Source: Halomicronema hongdechloris C2206 (GTDB taxonomy: Bacteria; Cyanobacteriota; Cyanobacteriia; Phormidesmidales; Phormidesmidaceae). From it: 32,000 bases of DNA. The notes beneath the pieces were generated by a model. That model searched no databases and was not told the DNA's origin. It worked only from the letters and a program-made list of their open reading frames with translations. The stretch covers positions 4,020,001-4,052,000 of the forward strand of contig NZ_CP021983.2 in NCBI RefSeq assembly GCF_002075285.3. The letters run 5' to 3'. Position 1 is the first letter of the stretch; every line of letters begins with the position of its first letter. Positions 8,532-18,674 of the stretch are shown here, piece after piece. The translations under genes were made by a program, and so were the position numbers.

Positions 8532-10169
8532 ATGACGGCGTCTTCCCGACTGTCTCGCCAGGGAGAAATCATTGAGGTCTTTCTCCGCAATGGGTGGGAC
8601 TATATGCGACGACTGCTCATCAAGGGGCAGGCTGATGAACCAGATATTCCACCGCCGGAGGTCTTGCGCAATATCCTGACGGAGTTGGGACCGGTATATG
8701 TCAAGCTCGGCCAGCTCTTGAGCACCCGTCCGGATCTCTTGCCTCCTCCCTACATTGAGGCCTTAAGCAGGCTACAGTCAACGGTGCCAGCGGTGGCGCC
8801 TGAGGTCATGGAGGATTTCATCCGGCAGCAGTTACCGGCTCCCCCGGAAGAACTGTTTGAGCAGTTAGACTATCGTGCGATCGCAGCCGGATCTATCGCC
8901 CAAACCCACAAAGCCATGCTTCGGGATGGTCGTGCCGTCGCCCTGAAGGTACAGCGCCCTGGCATTGATCGCCTGGTGCAGCGGGACATGGCCCTGATTA
9001 AAGACATTGCCCGCCTGGTGGCCGCCACCCAGTTTGGCCAGCGCAACAATGTCATGGAACTGGCCGAGGAATTCCACGATGCCCTCAATGGCGAACTGAA
9101 TTTCATGACCGAGGCCAACCACACCGAGCAACTGCGGCGTAGTATTGCCCGCAGTAGCTGGTACGACCCCAAACAGATCGTCATTCCCAGCATTTTCTGG
9201 GAGCTAACCAACGCCAAACTGATGACGATGGAGTGGCTCAATGGTCGCCCCATCCTCACCAGTAAGATCGCCACCGAGGATACAGCGGCCGCCCGGGACG
9301 CCCGCGAGGAGGTGACCACGCTGCTATTTCGGGCCTTCTTTAAGCAATATTTTGTGGACGGATTTTTCCACGCCGACCCCCACCCCGGCAATCTGTTCTA
9401 TTTAGAGGATGGGCGAGTAGCGATTCTAGACTGTGGCATGGTGGGCCGCATGGACCCCAACCTCAGAGCCACCATGACCGAGATGGTCCTGGCGGTGGCC
9501 AACTGTGATGCCCAGCGCTGCACCCAATTGACCCTGCAGATGGCCGAGCCCCTGCAGCCGGTAAACCTGGTACGCCTAGAAAATGATTTCACTCGCCTTT
9601 TGCGTCGCTATTACGGTCTCAGCGTCGGAGAAATTAACACCGCCGAAGTCTTTGGCCAGTTAATGGACGCCGGTACCCGTAACTCCCTGCGCTGGCCCGC
9701 CAATGTGGGGCTATTTACCAAGTCCCTGGCCAACTTAGAGGGGGCAGCCCGCCAGTTTAACCCCAACGTGAATCTGCTGGCGGAAATTCGGCCCCTGATG
9801 GCAGATCTATTCCGCAATCAGCTGATCGGTGCAGACCCGCTGCAGGCACTGCTGCGCACCGGTCTGGAATTCCGAAATCTGTCCTTGAGTTCTCCCCGGC
9901 AGTTTGGGTTTCTATTAGATCGCCTGGCCTCGGAACAGCTGAAGTTGAATCTCAGCATTCAGGGCTTAGATAGTTTACGCCGCAGCATTGACGATGCTGC
10001 CAATCGTCGCGCCTTCAGCACCGTTGTCGCCGCCTTGATTATCGGAGCCGCCATCGTCTCAACCAGTCAACAGTCGTCCCAGGGACAAATTCTCAGCAAT
10101 ATTCTGTTTGCCGCCGCCACCTTTTTAGGGCTATGGCTGGTGTTTAGCATCCTGCGAGCCGAACGCTGA
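8532..10169 (+). CDS. ABC1/UbiB-family atypical protein kinase
   Basis: This is a 545-aa ORF. It carries ELGPVYVKLGQLLSTRPDLLPPPYIEALSRLQ, AAGSIAQTHKA, FHADPHPGNLF and ILDCGMVG, and has a C-terminal TM helix. These are classical ABC1/AarF motifs. Confidence 0.85.
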   Translation: MTASSRLSRQGEIIEVFLRNGWDYMRRLLIKGQADEPDIPPPEVLRNILTELGPVYVKLGQLLSTRPDLLPPPYIEALSRLQSTVPAVAPEVMEDFIRQQLPAPPEELFEQLDYRAIAAGSIAQTHKAMLRDGRAVALKVQRPGIDRLVQRDMALIKDIARLVAATQFGQRNNVMELAEEFHDALNGELNFMTEANHTEQLRRSIARSSWYDPKQIVIPSIFWELTNAKLMTMEWLNGRPILTSKIATEDTAAARDAREEVTTLLFRAFFKQYFVDGFFHADPHPGNLFYLEDGRVAILDCGMVGRMDPNLRATMTEMVLAVANCDAQRCTQLTLQMAEPLQPVNLVRLENDFTRLLRRYYGLSVGEINTAEVFGQLMDAGTRNSLRWPANVGLFTKSLANLEGAARQFNPNVNLLAEIRPLMADLFRNQLIGADPLQALLRTGLEFRNLSLSSPRQFGFLLDRLASEQLKLNLSIQGLDSLRRSIDDAANRRAFSTVVAALIIGAAIVSTSQQSSQGQILSNILFAAATFLGLWLVFSILRAER

Positions 10170-10239
10170 CGGGGAATCGTCTCCAGCCTTGCCAGCAATT
10201 GCTATAACAGCATTAAGTTAGACCGGGGAGGCAGCTACG

Positions 10240-10680
10240 ATGGCATTCCTAATCTTGTTAACACTGGCGGCGGGGGCGCTGATGGTGCTGCTCATGGGAC
10301 TAGTGGGCCTCCTGGAAGCTCCCTGGCCAGTGCTCCTGGGGGGATTGCTATTGGCCCTCTATGGCCTGCAACGGCTATCAGTGGAGGCAACAAAGGCGGA
10401 GGAATCCGTTGCTTTTTCCGCTGTGCCTAGCCAGGCCCCTCCTGCCCATGAGCCTAAGTCCCCATCCCCATCGTCCCAGTCTCAAGCCGATACTGAGTCT
10501 GCTACTCCAGAGTTGGTCTATCGGGGAGTGCACTACCGGCGCCCATCAGCGCCGGCCCTGCCCACTGAAGGTCAGCCCATTGTCTTAGAGGGCACCTACC
10601 GGGGACGTCACTGGCGGCGTATCTTACAGCAATGGTCAACTCCGACTGCATCCCCCCCAGAGGATCAACCTCCATCTTAG
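10240..10680 (+). CDS. membrane protein with DUF4278-like YRG motifs
   Basis: This is a 146-aa ATG ORF. It has two N-terminal TM helices, a Pro/Ser-rich linker, and then LVYRGVHYRR and GTYRGRHWRR, which resemble the repeated YRGxxY motif of DUF4278. Confidence 0.5.
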   Translation: MAFLILLTLAAGALMVLLMGLVGLLEAPWPVLLGGLLLALYGLQRLSVEATKAEESVAFSAVPSQAPPAHEPKSPSPSSQSQADTESATPELVYRGVHYRRPSAPALPTEGQPIVLEGTYRGRHWRRILQQWSTPTASPPEDQPPS

Positions 10681-10813
10681 AATCCAAAATCTTCTGGAGA
10701 TCTCCCCCGGGGCAAGCCTGATCAACCCTTACCATAGCCATGGCTCCATCGAGTCTGGGATGGTGAGGCATCGTCGGGATAGATGGACGGCCTGTTGCAA
10801 CCGAGCGTGAGCC

Positions 10814-12349
10814 ATGACAACTCTGCGTGCCACAGATTGGAAACAGCTACAAAACGGGTCCGATATTCGCGGGGTAGCCCTGGAGGGGATGGCCGGCGAA
10901 CCGGTCAATCTTACCCCGGAGGTAGCGACGACCTTGGGGAAGGCCTTTGTTACCTGGTTAGGGCAGACCCTAGCTCGGTCTCCTGAGACGTTAACCGTGG
11001 CTATTGGTCGGGATAGTCGGCTCTCGGGGCCGGCACTGATGCAGGCGGTGGCCGCGGGTATGACGGCCCTGGGCACTCGGGTCTATGATTTTGCCATGGC
11101 CTCGACCCCGGCCATGTTTATGAGTACTGTTACGCCTGGGTTTGATTGTGATGGGGCGATCATGCTTACCGCTAGCCATTTACCGTTTAACCGCAATGGC
11201 CTCAAGTTTTTTACGGCCCAAGGGGGCTTGAGCAAGCCGGATATTAGCCGGATTTTGGCCTTGGCAGCCGATCATGACTTTGCGATCGCATCTGAACCCG
11301 GTTCCCTGCAGAGCCATGATTTTATCTCCGTGTATGCCCAGCAACTGGTGCAGGGCATTCGCCAGGGGGTAAACCATCCCCACCACTATGACCGCCCCCT
11401 GCAGGGATTAAAGATCGTCGTCGATGCTGGCAATGGCGCTGGAGGATTCTATGCCACTCAGGTGCTACAGCCCCTGGGGGCTGACACCACTGGCAGCCAG
11501 TTTTTAGAGCCAGACGGTCAGTTCCCCAACCATGTCCCCAATCCAGAACATGCCACGGCTATGGCCGCCATCCGCCAGGCGGTGCTGGCCCAACAGGCCG
11601 ATTTGGGCATCATCTTCGATACCGATGTGGATCGGGCTGCTGCCGTGGATGCCCAGGGACGAGAGTTAAATCGTAATCTGCTGATCGCCCTGATCGCGGC
11701 CATTGTGTTGACAGAGCATCCGGGGTCTACCGTAGTCACCGACTCCATCACCTCCGACGGCCTGACTCAGTTCATCGAGCAGGACCTTCAGGGAGTTCAC
11801 CATCGGTTTCGCCGCGGCTATAAAAATGTCATCAGTGAGGCCATGCGCCTGAATGAGGCCGGTCAGGCCTGTTGGCTAGCTATGGAAACTTCCGGCCACG
11901 GGGCCCTGAAGGAAAACTATTTCCTAGATGATGGCGCCTACCTGGTGAGCAAGCTGTTGGTGGAACTGGCCCGGGCCAAGCTGGCTGGCAACACCCTAGG
12001 AGATCGCATTGCCACCCTAAAGGAACCAGCAGAAAGTCGGGAATTTCGCCTGGCCATCGCTGCCGCTGACTTTGCCTCCTATGGCACTGCCGTCATCGAG
12101 GAGTTGCAGGCCTTTGCGGCTGCCCAGGCTGACTGGGAAGTCGTGCCCAAAAACTATGAGGGAGTGCGTATCACCTGCCGCTCTCCCCAGGAAGATGGCT
12201 GGTTCCTGCTGCGTCTGTCCCTCCACGATCCGGTGCTGCCGTTGAATATCGAGTCGAATGTATCCGGTGGGTGCGATCGCATCCGGCAACGGTTACTCAC
12301 CTTTTTTGCGGGATTTGACCGACTCGAGCTGACGCCGCTCCAGGGCTAA
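10814..12349 (+). CDS. phosphomannomutase/phosphoglucomutase (alpha-D-phosphohexomutase family)
   Basis: This is a 511-aa ORF. It has the phosphoserine loop TASHLPFNRNG, the metal loop FDTDVDRAA and the sugar-binding loop METSGHG. Confidence 0.85.
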   Translation: MTTLRATDWKQLQNGSDIRGVALEGMAGEPVNLTPEVATTLGKAFVTWLGQTLARSPETLTVAIGRDSRLSGPALMQAVAAGMTALGTRVYDFAMASTPAMFMSTVTPGFDCDGAIMLTASHLPFNRNGLKFFTAQGGLSKPDISRILALAADHDFAIASEPGSLQSHDFISVYAQQLVQGIRQGVNHPHHYDRPLQGLKIVVDAGNGAGGFYATQVLQPLGADTTGSQFLEPDGQFPNHVPNPEHATAMAAIRQAVLAQQADLGIIFDTDVDRAAAVDAQGRELNRNLLIALIAAIVLTEHPGSTVVTDSITSDGLTQFIEQDLQGVHHRFRRGYKNVISEAMRLNEAGQACWLAMETSGHGALKENYFLDDGAYLVSKLLVELARAKLAGNTLGDRIATLKEPAESREFRLAIAAADFASYGTAVIEELQAFAAAQADWEVVPKNYEGVRITCRSPQEDGWFLLRLSLHDPVLPLNIESNVSGGCDRIRQRLLTFFAGFDRLELTPLQG

Positions 12350-12353
12350 TGGC

Positions 12354-13277
12354 CTACTCCCACTGGCTCAGTTCCTGCCGCCAGCCCTGAGCCAGGGCCT
12401 GCCATTGATGACGACGGCGCTCGAAATCAGCGGCCAGCCAGATCAATCCCATCCCGATGGCAATCCCCAGGATCCACTTGAGGAAGGGATAGTTGGCATT
12501 GAGCCACAGCAATTGCTGGATGGCATTGAGGCCGAAGATCACTGTGCCGCCGTAGAGGAAGGCCCGTACCCGCAGCCCCAGGCCCAGCCCAGTGATCGCT
12601 AGGCTGAGGATGCCTACTGGTAGCCCCCGCCAGCCTGGCGAGATCAGCGCCAGCAGTAGCACAGCCCAGGTGGTAATCAGCCGCAGCCAATGGCGCTGCC
12701 GCCGCCGCTGCGATTGTCGCAGGCCAGGATCAACCTGGGCGACATACAACAGCCAGAGCCCCAGCGGAGCCGCAACGCTGACGGGGTCGTCTATGGCCTG
12801 CTGCATCAGCCAGACCCAAATGGCCCAGACTAACAACCCACCGCTGAGATAGGACAGACGCCAGCCTCGGGTCGCCCAAGCCAGCCAGCCATAGTAGGCA
12901 GCCACCAACCCCAGAGTGGGAATCAACCGGGGGGGTGGCAAGAGCACCAGGACCAGGAGCGGCAAGCCCAGGGCCAGGCGTTGCCAGGGAGGCTGGGGCC
13001 AGCCATAGCGATGCCAGGGCACCCTGTACAACACCACTGCCAGGCCAGTGGCAATCACTGGCCACCAGTCATCTAGCCGTTGCACCGCTGGCACCAGTCC
13101 GCGCAGATACACCACCCAGGCTAGGGCCAGCCCCAGTCCCCTATAGACCCAGGCTGGTTGACTGGTGGCATTGGCATTGGCTGCCAGGCGTCCTTGCCAG
13201 AGGGCGTAGACCACGACCAGCAGCCTAACCCTAGCCCCAGAAATCTGAGTGTCAAGGTCACCCAAATCCCTGGACAC
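12354..13277 (-). CDS. polytopic membrane protein (C-terminal segment of the disrupted locus, or an independent gene)
   Basis: This is a 307-aa ORF with a GTG start and about 8 hydrophobic helices. It ends ...FLKWILGIAIGMGLIWLAADFERRRHQW, which looks like a native C-terminus. Confidence 0.5.
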   Translation of the reverse strand: MSRDLGDLDTQISGARVRLLVVVYALWQGRLAANANATSQPAWVYRGLGLALAWVVYLRGLVPAVQRLDDWWPVIATGLAVVLYRVPWHRYGWPQPPWQRLALGLPLLVLVLLPPPRLIPTLGLVAAYYGWLAWATRGWRLSYLSGGLLVWAIWVWLMQQAIDDPVSVAAPLGLWLLYVAQVDPGLRQSQRRRQRHWLRLITTWAVLLLALISPGWRGLPVGILSLAITGLGLGLRVRAFLYGGTVIFGLNAIQQLLWLNANYPFLKWILGIAIGMGLIWLAADFERRRHQWQALAQGWRQELSQWE

Positions 13278-14298
13278 CAGCTAGTCCCAGCAGTATCGTG
13301 GCTAGAGCCCAATGGCCATGGGCTGCCAGGATCCAGTCGTGCCGGGGCAGCTGTATCAGGCGCTCTAGGAAAGTGGCCGCTGTCGGTAGTAGATAGCCAT
13401 AATCACCACGGCCACGGCGGCCAGTACCACCAGGGCGTCGCCGAGCTCGCCGCTGTCGGCCTGCAGCATCTGGTACAGGATCAGTTCGTACCATCCTAGG
13501 GATAACCCTGCTAGGGCCAGCCACTGCAGCCATCGCCAACCCTGTTGCCGCCCCACCTCCAGGGCCAGGACGGCCGTGCCTAGGGTGAGGGCTCCGGTCC
13601 AAGCCGTGGCGGTACCCAAGCGTAGCCCCAGGGCTAGCCAGCCATAGCCGAGGGCCATCAGATGCAGATGGCGGCCAAGGCGATTAGGGGGGTAAGACTA
13701 GGGCCAGTCCCAGGGTGAGGACGGCCAGGACCAGGGTGGCCAGGGCCAGGGGCAATAATGCCGGCAGCCGCCAAGCCAGTCCCAGGGCTAGCCAGAGTTC
13801 AGCGTCCAGGCCATGAGATAGACCCTGGCGATGACCCCATCGCCCCATTGCCGTAGGCCCAGGGCCAGCAGCTGCAGCAGGGGGGTTAACAGCAGGGCCG
13901 CAGAGCTGTTGCCAACGCTTCCATAGATCAAGCTGGCCTCGGTGGTCAGCCCCAACAGCACCAGGATACTGAGGCCCCAGCTCCAACCATCCAGGGCGCG
14001 GCGATAGTGGGCTAGAAGAGCAGGCCCAGTGCGACAGGCGAGCCAGCGATGAGTCCCCCACAGTAGCAGAGATGCGATCGCACCGGCCCCATACCAGCTA
14101 TCTCCTTGCATGCCAAGGCCATCCCCCAGCAGACTAGCCATCAGCCCTAGCAGCAGTCCCACCGTAGTCACCGCCAGGCATCGAGGCAGCCAGAGCCAGC
14201 TTTGCCAACCCAGCGCACTGCCCCCAGGGCTAGCCCCAAGGGACGGGTCTCGCCGAAGAGTAAAGTGGGCGGCACCGTCAGGACGACTGCCAGCAACG

Positions 14299-15594
14299 CT
14301 AGCCGGTGAATAGTCGTAGGGACTGGGCTGGCCCGCGGCTAGCCAATCCGGTCAATACCATGGGAATGACCACGCCTGGCAGGGTTTCCAGGGGCTGAGT
14401 CCCTGGCTGCAGCAAGAGACTGCCCCAGAGGCTGTAGCTTAGCCCCGCCAGGGCCAAGGTGCCATAGTTAGCCCCGCGACGCCAGGGAGTCACCGGACCC
14501 ACAGAGACAATACCCTCGCCAACCATCAACCCCAACGCCAGGGCGAGCCGCTGCCCCAAGGTAATCCCAGGCCAGGTGTGTTCTACAGTGGCCGCCAGCG
14601 TGAATAGGATCAGGCCATGAATCAAATACTGGCGGCTAGGATGCCCTGTCCGCCGCCGACCGCTGGCGATGGTAGCCGTCACCGTGGTGGCGATGAGATG
14701 TAACACCAGGAGCCCACCATTCCACAGGCTCAGCAGCAGTAGTCCACCATTCAGGAACCCAGCTAGCCCATCGGCTAGCGTGACCAGAGCCGAATGCCGC
14801 CGTCGATAGGCCCAGTCGGCAACAGCCACCGTTAGCACCACGTAGGGATAGCCAAGAATGCCCAACAGCGCCCAGGGAGTTGCCTCAGCGCCACTCCAGC
14901 GGGTGAGGGGGGTCAGCAGCGCCAGCCGCAAATCAATAGGCAGCAAGCGCCAGGCCAGCCAGAGGCTTTGCAGTCCTAGGAGCCAAATGGCGACGAAGTC
15001 TTGCCGCTGCCATCGGCTCTGCCAACGCCAGAGCCGTAACCCCAAGCCCATGCCATTGATGACTAGGGCCTGAGCCGACAATGGCATCACTGCCAGCAGC
15101 CAGCCCCCCACCATTAACGCCCGTCCACCCCAAAGGCTGGGAGATATCAGGGATAGGGGAAATGCCTGCTGAGGAGGCTCCGCTGCCATGGCTAAGCCCA
15201 CCAACAGTCCGCCCAACAGCCCCCAGGCCAGGGCCAGTTGTCCCCAGCTGGGGACAACCAATTCGGTCATGGCTCGCAACAGTAATATCCCCACCCCATA
15301 GAGCAACAACAGGTCAGGAGCCCGCCCTGTCTCCAGCAAGTTGCGGTCTCGCCGTCGCTGCTGTCGCCAAGCCGCCAGGATTACCCCAGCAACGCCGCCA
15401 TAAACGGCGATTAGCCCTAGCCCCAAGCCCCACATTCCCTGTAGCAGGGCTAACCCCAAAAATATTGCTAAATTGCCTCGAGCCTGGGGCCAGCGCTGAC
15501 CGAATAGCTGTATGGTCATCCCTGCCAGTGATATCGCGGCTAAGGACGCCATCAGTCTGCCTAGTCCCGCTTGTCCTATGGCAAGGGCATCCAA
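14299..15594 (-). CDS. polytopic membrane protein (central segment of the disrupted locus)
   Basis: This is a 431-aa ORF with only a TTG start, and it is strongly hydrophobic throughout. The frame is open upstream of the TTG and joins the previous ORF after a 1-nt shift. Confidence 0.45.
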   Translation of the reverse strand: MDALAIGQAGLGRLMASLAAISLAGMTIQLFGQRWPQARGNLAIFLGLALLQGMWGLGLGLIAVYGGVAGVILAAWRQQRRRDRNLLETGRAPDLLLLYGVGILLLRAMTELVVPSWGQLALAWGLLGGLLVGLAMAAEPPQQAFPLSLISPSLWGGRALMVGGWLLAVMPLSAQALVINGMGLGLRLWRWQSRWQRQDFVAIWLLGLQSLWLAWRLLPIDLRLALLTPLTRWSGAEATPWALLGILGYPYVVLTVAVADWAYRRRHSALVTLADGLAGFLNGGLLLLSLWNGGLLVLHLIATTVTATIASGRRRTGHPSRQYLIHGLILFTLAATVEHTWPGITLGQRLALALGLMVGEGIVSVGPVTPWRRGANYGTLALAGLSYSLWGSLLLQPGTQPLETLPGVVIPMVLTGLASRGPAQSLRLFTG

Positions 15595-16135
15595 GGCCCA
15601 GATATTCAGGGGCCACCAGCAGCAGCGTGGTGATGGCCAAGGTGTGGTGAGTCAGGCGTAACTGGGGGCGATCGCTGACTCGACTGGCCCCCCAAAAGGC
15701 TAGGGTATAGCCCCAAAGCACCAGATATTGCCCTACTCCGGTGAAGCGAGACCACTGAGTTGCCGCCAGCACCGCTGACGACAACACCACCAAAAATACC
15801 CCCAGCCCTAATAACCAAATGACGCTGAGCTCTGTCCGCAGTTGCCGCCAGCGTCGTTGCAGGATGAGTTGCCAACGGTGCCGGCGGGAGACGACTGGAG
15901 CAACAACCTGAGTTGCGGAGATGGGAGCAGCTGGCAGGAAGGCAGGGGCAGAGTCAGGCTCTGGCTGGGGTGGAGGGGACACCCTGCAGGTGAGGTAGTC
16001 AGCGCAGATGACTCGCACTTGCGGGTGGTCAATGAGCTGAAGCTCGAGCAGGGCGGTTAGTCCGGCCAGCAGGGGAGCAGCATCAGGGGGGATGACAAGC
16101 TGCAAATGCAGTCGAGAGGGAGGCAGAGAAGACAT
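15314..16135 (-). CDS. membrane protein N-terminal segment of the disrupted locus
   Basis: The ORF starts at an ATG (MSSLPPSRLHLQLVIPPDAAPLLAGLTALLELQLIDHPQVRV...). About 90 soluble residues are followed by TM helices. Only roughly 16135-15613 looks native; downstream it reads EYLGLGCPCHRTSGTRQTD... and overlaps the next ORF out of frame. Confidence 0.45.
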   Translation of the reverse strand: MSSLPPSRLHLQLVIPPDAAPLLAGLTALLELQLIDHPQVRVICADYLTCRVSPPPQPEPDSAPAFLPAAPISATQVVAPVVSRRHRWQLILQRRWRQLRTELSVIWLLGLGVFLVVLSSAVLAATQWSRFTGVGQYLVLWGYTLAFWGASRVSDRPQLRLTHHTLAITTLLLVAPEYLGLGCPCHRTSGTRQTDGVLSRDITGRDDHTAIRSALAPGSRQFSNIFGVSPATGNVGLGARANRRLWRRCWGNPGGLATAATARPQLAGDRAGS

Positions 16136-16447
16136 GATGGCGCTTCACGGGGGGCATGCCCATGATGATAGGGCCAAGTCCCAAATCCCCTATGATCTAG
16201 GACAGTTTTGGCCGGTGTCTGGGTAAAGTCTCGGAGGCGGGCCCAGGAATTGCCTAAAAATCCTGTGGATCCCACGGTTATCCTTCATCGAGGCTTCAAC
16301 CTAGGATGAAGTTACCGTAAATAGAAGACGGCTGCCTGGGTGATGTCCTGCCTAAGCTAGATGCGCTCCAGAAGATGGGACTAATGTCGCTCATGGCTGG
16401 ATGCCTAACATCACGCGAGCCCTGCCCAGGGTTGACGATCGAGGGGG

Positions 16448-17485
16448 ATGCCCCCGTCTCTACCATGCGTTTGGAAACCTGCCATGAACAGCTTGCCCCT
16501 GTCTAATGTTGCCTGCCATGAGAACTCTCCGTACAGCCAGGCTCCTGAGGTTGCCCGAGAGCAAGCCTCAGCAAGGAGTTTGAGTTTTGAACAGCGTCAC
16601 TGTCTAGCGGCTGAGGCACATCAGTGGTTAAGGCAGGGGATAGCCCATTATCAGCAAGGCCAGTACACCTCTGCTCTATCCCTTCTACAGCAGGCTTTGC
16701 GAACCTATCACAGCCTGCGAGATCGGCGCGGTGAAGGGCGAGTGCTGATTACCCTGACGCGGCTCTACTATCATTTAGCCGATTACCTCTGGGCTTTGGA
16801 TACCGCCCGTCAAGCCCAGAGGTTGGCCCAGCAAGTCGGTGATTCCCATATGTTGCACCAAGCGCTCAGCTATCTCGGCAATAGTTACCGGCACCTGGGC
16901 AATTTATCTCAGGCCCTTGATTACGGGCACCAAAGTTTGACCTTGGCTCGACAAGTCTGCGATCGCACCGCCGAGATGTGCTCCCTCAATAACCTAGCGA
17001 TGGTGTTACGGGCCCAAGGACAGCCGCAGCAGGCCATTGCCTATTACGCCCAGAGCTTAGCGCTAGCTCGTCAACACCAAGAGCGGCAGATCGAAATCCA
17101 GATCCTACAGAACCTAGGCAATACCTATCGAGCCCTAGGAGACGCTCAAAACGTGCTAGAAACCTACGGCTGCTTACTCAAGCTGAGTACCGGCACCGCT
17201 GCGCCGCCCTCAGCCCCCATCGACTTGCCTACCTTAGGGTACATACTACAAACCCTAGGCCATGCCTGTGAGCAATTAGGTGAGTATAGCAAGGCGACTC
17301 AGTATTGGCAAAAAGCCCTGGCCCTATGCCAGAAACTGGGAGATGGCCGCCGGGAAGCCGAAATATTAGAGCATCTAGGCAATAACCACGACATTTCAGC
17401 AAAAACCACGGACTCCCTAGCCCATCACCAGCGTCAACCCGATACGACTCCGTTGCCATCAACTCTGATTTTGCAGCAGGACTAA
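16448..17485 (+). CDS. tetratricopeptide-repeat (TPR) protein
   Basis: This is a 345-aa ORF with repeated 34-40-aa units of the type A..yy.qAL.la...gd...eg..L.nLG..Y..LG....Al.y. An alternative ATG lies at 16484. Confidence 0.75.
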   Translation: MPPSLPCVWKPAMNSLPLSNVACHENSPYSQAPEVAREQASARSLSFEQRHCLAAEAHQWLRQGIAHYQQGQYTSALSLLQQALRTYHSLRDRRGEGRVLITLTRLYYHLADYLWALDTARQAQRLAQQVGDSHMLHQALSYLGNSYRHLGNLSQALDYGHQSLTLARQVCDRTAEMCSLNNLAMVLRAQGQPQQAIAYYAQSLALARQHQERQIEIQILQNLGNTYRALGDAQNVLETYGCLLKLSTGTAAPPSAPIDLPTLGYILQTLGHACEQLGEYSKATQYWQKALALCQKLGDGRREAEILEHLGNNHDISAKTTDSLAHHQRQPDTTPLPSTLILQQD

Positions 17486-17492
17486 CCAGCAA

Positions 17493-17525
17493 AATGGGAG
17501 CTTCCGTCCATAGAAAACTCCCATT
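17493..17525. terminator. candidate bidirectional terminator hairpin between convergent genes
   Basis: An 8-bp stem, AATGGGAG (17493-17500) paired with CTCCCATT (17518-17525), encloses a 17-nt loop. On the minus strand the stem runs into TTTTG. It lies 8 nt after the TPR stop and ~90 nt after the gap2 stop. The loop is long, so support is weak. Confidence 0.3.
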
Positions 17526-17616
17526 GCTTATCCTTGTAATCAAGATATGTCGTCAAGGTATAGCCCGGACTGATAGGCCCCCTAGAGCAGAAGACAGGGC
17601 TGGGATTGGCAGAGGC

Positions 17617-18633
17617 TCACCGAGGCCATTTCTGGGCAACTAACTCAGCCAAGTCTACTACCCGCTGACTATAGCCCCACTCATTGTCGTACCAAGCTAC
17701 CACTTTGACCAAATCGCCTCCCATTACCATGGTGAGACTGGCATCAACGATAGACGATTCACTGGTCTTGCGATAGTCAATGGAGACCAGTGGCAAGTCG
17801 CTGTAGCCGAGAATCCCTTTTAGCGCCCCCTGGGAGGCTTCCTGAATGACCTGATTAACCTGCTCAGCAATGACCGGTTTTTCAACCTGAGCCACTAAAT
17901 CCACGATAGACACATTAGGGGTAGGCACCCGAAAGGCGATGCCATTGAGTTTGCCAGACATCTCTGGAATGACCAAAGAAACCGCCTTAGCCGCCCCAGT
18001 CGTAGTCGGCACAATATTTAGAGCCGCCGCCCGGGCCCGTCGCAGATCTCGGTGGCTGGCATCTAGCAGACGCTGATCGCCGGTATAACTGTGGGTAGTG
18101 GTCATCGTGCCCTTAACAATGCCGAAATTCTCGTGCACCACCTTGACCACAGGCGCTAGACAGTTAGTCGTACAGCTGGCATTGCTGACCACCCTGTGGG
18201 CATCATGGGTGTAGTCTTCATGGTTTACACCGATGACATAGGTGCCAATGTCACCCCCCTTACCAGGAGCTGTAATTAGAACTTTTTTAGCGCCCGCCTC
18301 AATATGACGAGAGGCTCCTTCCTCACTAACAAATACCCCCGTTGATTCCACTACCAGATCAATGTCCCAAGCCTTCCAGGGTAGATTGTTGGGGTTGCGA
18401 TCAGAGTAGCACTTGATAGTTTTGCCATTGACGACTAAGCTATCGCCTTCGGCACGAATATCGTCGTCTAGCCGACCCAGCATAGAGTCGTACTTCAAAA
18501 GGTGGGAGTTTGTCTTCGGGTCAGAGGTATCATTAATGGCTACGACGTCCAGCTGACTGTTCTCACGAGTCAACCAACAACGCAAGAAATTTCGTCCAAT
18601 GCGTCCGAAGCCGTTGATTGCTACTCTAATCAC
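17617..18633 (-). CDS. gap2: glyceraldehyde-3-phosphate dehydrogenase, NAD(P)-dependent Calvin-cycle type
   Basis: This is a 338-aa ORF. It has (M)[19 protein letters not shown], the active site [12 protein letters not shown], and WYDNEWGYS. The start codon is GTG (cac at 18631-18633 on the plus strand). Confidence 0.9.
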   Translation of the reverse strand: MIRVAINGFGRIGRNFLRCWLTRENSQLDVVAINDTSDPKTNSHLLKYDSMLGRLDDDIRAEGDSLVVNGKTIKCYSDRNPNNLPWKAWDIDLVVESTGVFVSEEGASRHIEAGAKKVLITAPGKGGDIGTYVIGVNHEDYTHDAHRVVSNASCTTNCLAPVVKVVHENFGIVKGTMTTTHSYTGDQRLLDASHRDLRRARAAALNIVPTTTGAAKAVSLVIPEMSGKLNGIAFRVPTPNVSIVDLVAQVEKPVIAEQVNQVIQEASQGALKGILGYSDLPLVSIDYRKTSESSIVDASLTMVMGGDLVKVVAWYDNEWGYSQRVVDLAELVAQKWPR

Positions 18634-18652
18634 TGCGCTTAACCCTCTGTTT

Positions 18653-18674
18653 TGTGCGTTACGTGTGCGTTACG
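18653..18674. repeat. perfect tandem 11-mer (TGTGCGTTACG) x2 in the gap2 leader
   Basis: Read directly from the sequence: units at 18653-18663 and 18664-18674. A third CGTTACG core lies at 18683-18689. The repeat is 20-56 nt upstream of the gap2 GTG start. Confidence 0.9.

Larger units (their letters stand above)
12354..16135 (-). pseudogene. large polytopic membrane-protein gene apparently disrupted by multiple frameshifts
   Basis: Minus-strand ORFs tile the interval in changing frames with no spacers: 16135-15314, 15594-14299, 14171-13788, 14061-13684, 13658-13365 and 13277-12354. All are L/A/G/W-rich and TM-like, and several have only TTG/GTG starts. At the first junction the sensible reading ...LAITTLLLVAP continues in the next frame as LNIWALDALAIGQAGLG. 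The switch falls at a GGGG run (15609-15612). Confidence 0.45.

Noticed and set aside
8870-9391. A 173-aa minus-strand ORF, with similar ones at 8865..9131, 9398..9592 and 9611..9817, lying inside the ABC1 kinase gene.
   Set aside because: These ORFs are antisense to a gene with unmistakable ABC1 motifs. Their composition is Arg/Ser/Ala-rich junk typical of open antisense frames in GC-rich DNA. The same reasoning applies to most other short ORFs in the track that overlap the called genes.
12405-15650. Several plus-strand ORFs (for example 15081..15650 at 189 aa, 13158..13499 and 12935..13228) lying across the membrane-gene locus.
   Set aside because: They are Pro/Arg/Gly/Ala-rich with no motifs. 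They are antisense to consistently hydrophobic minus-strand frames. This is best explained by GC3-driven absence of stop codons.
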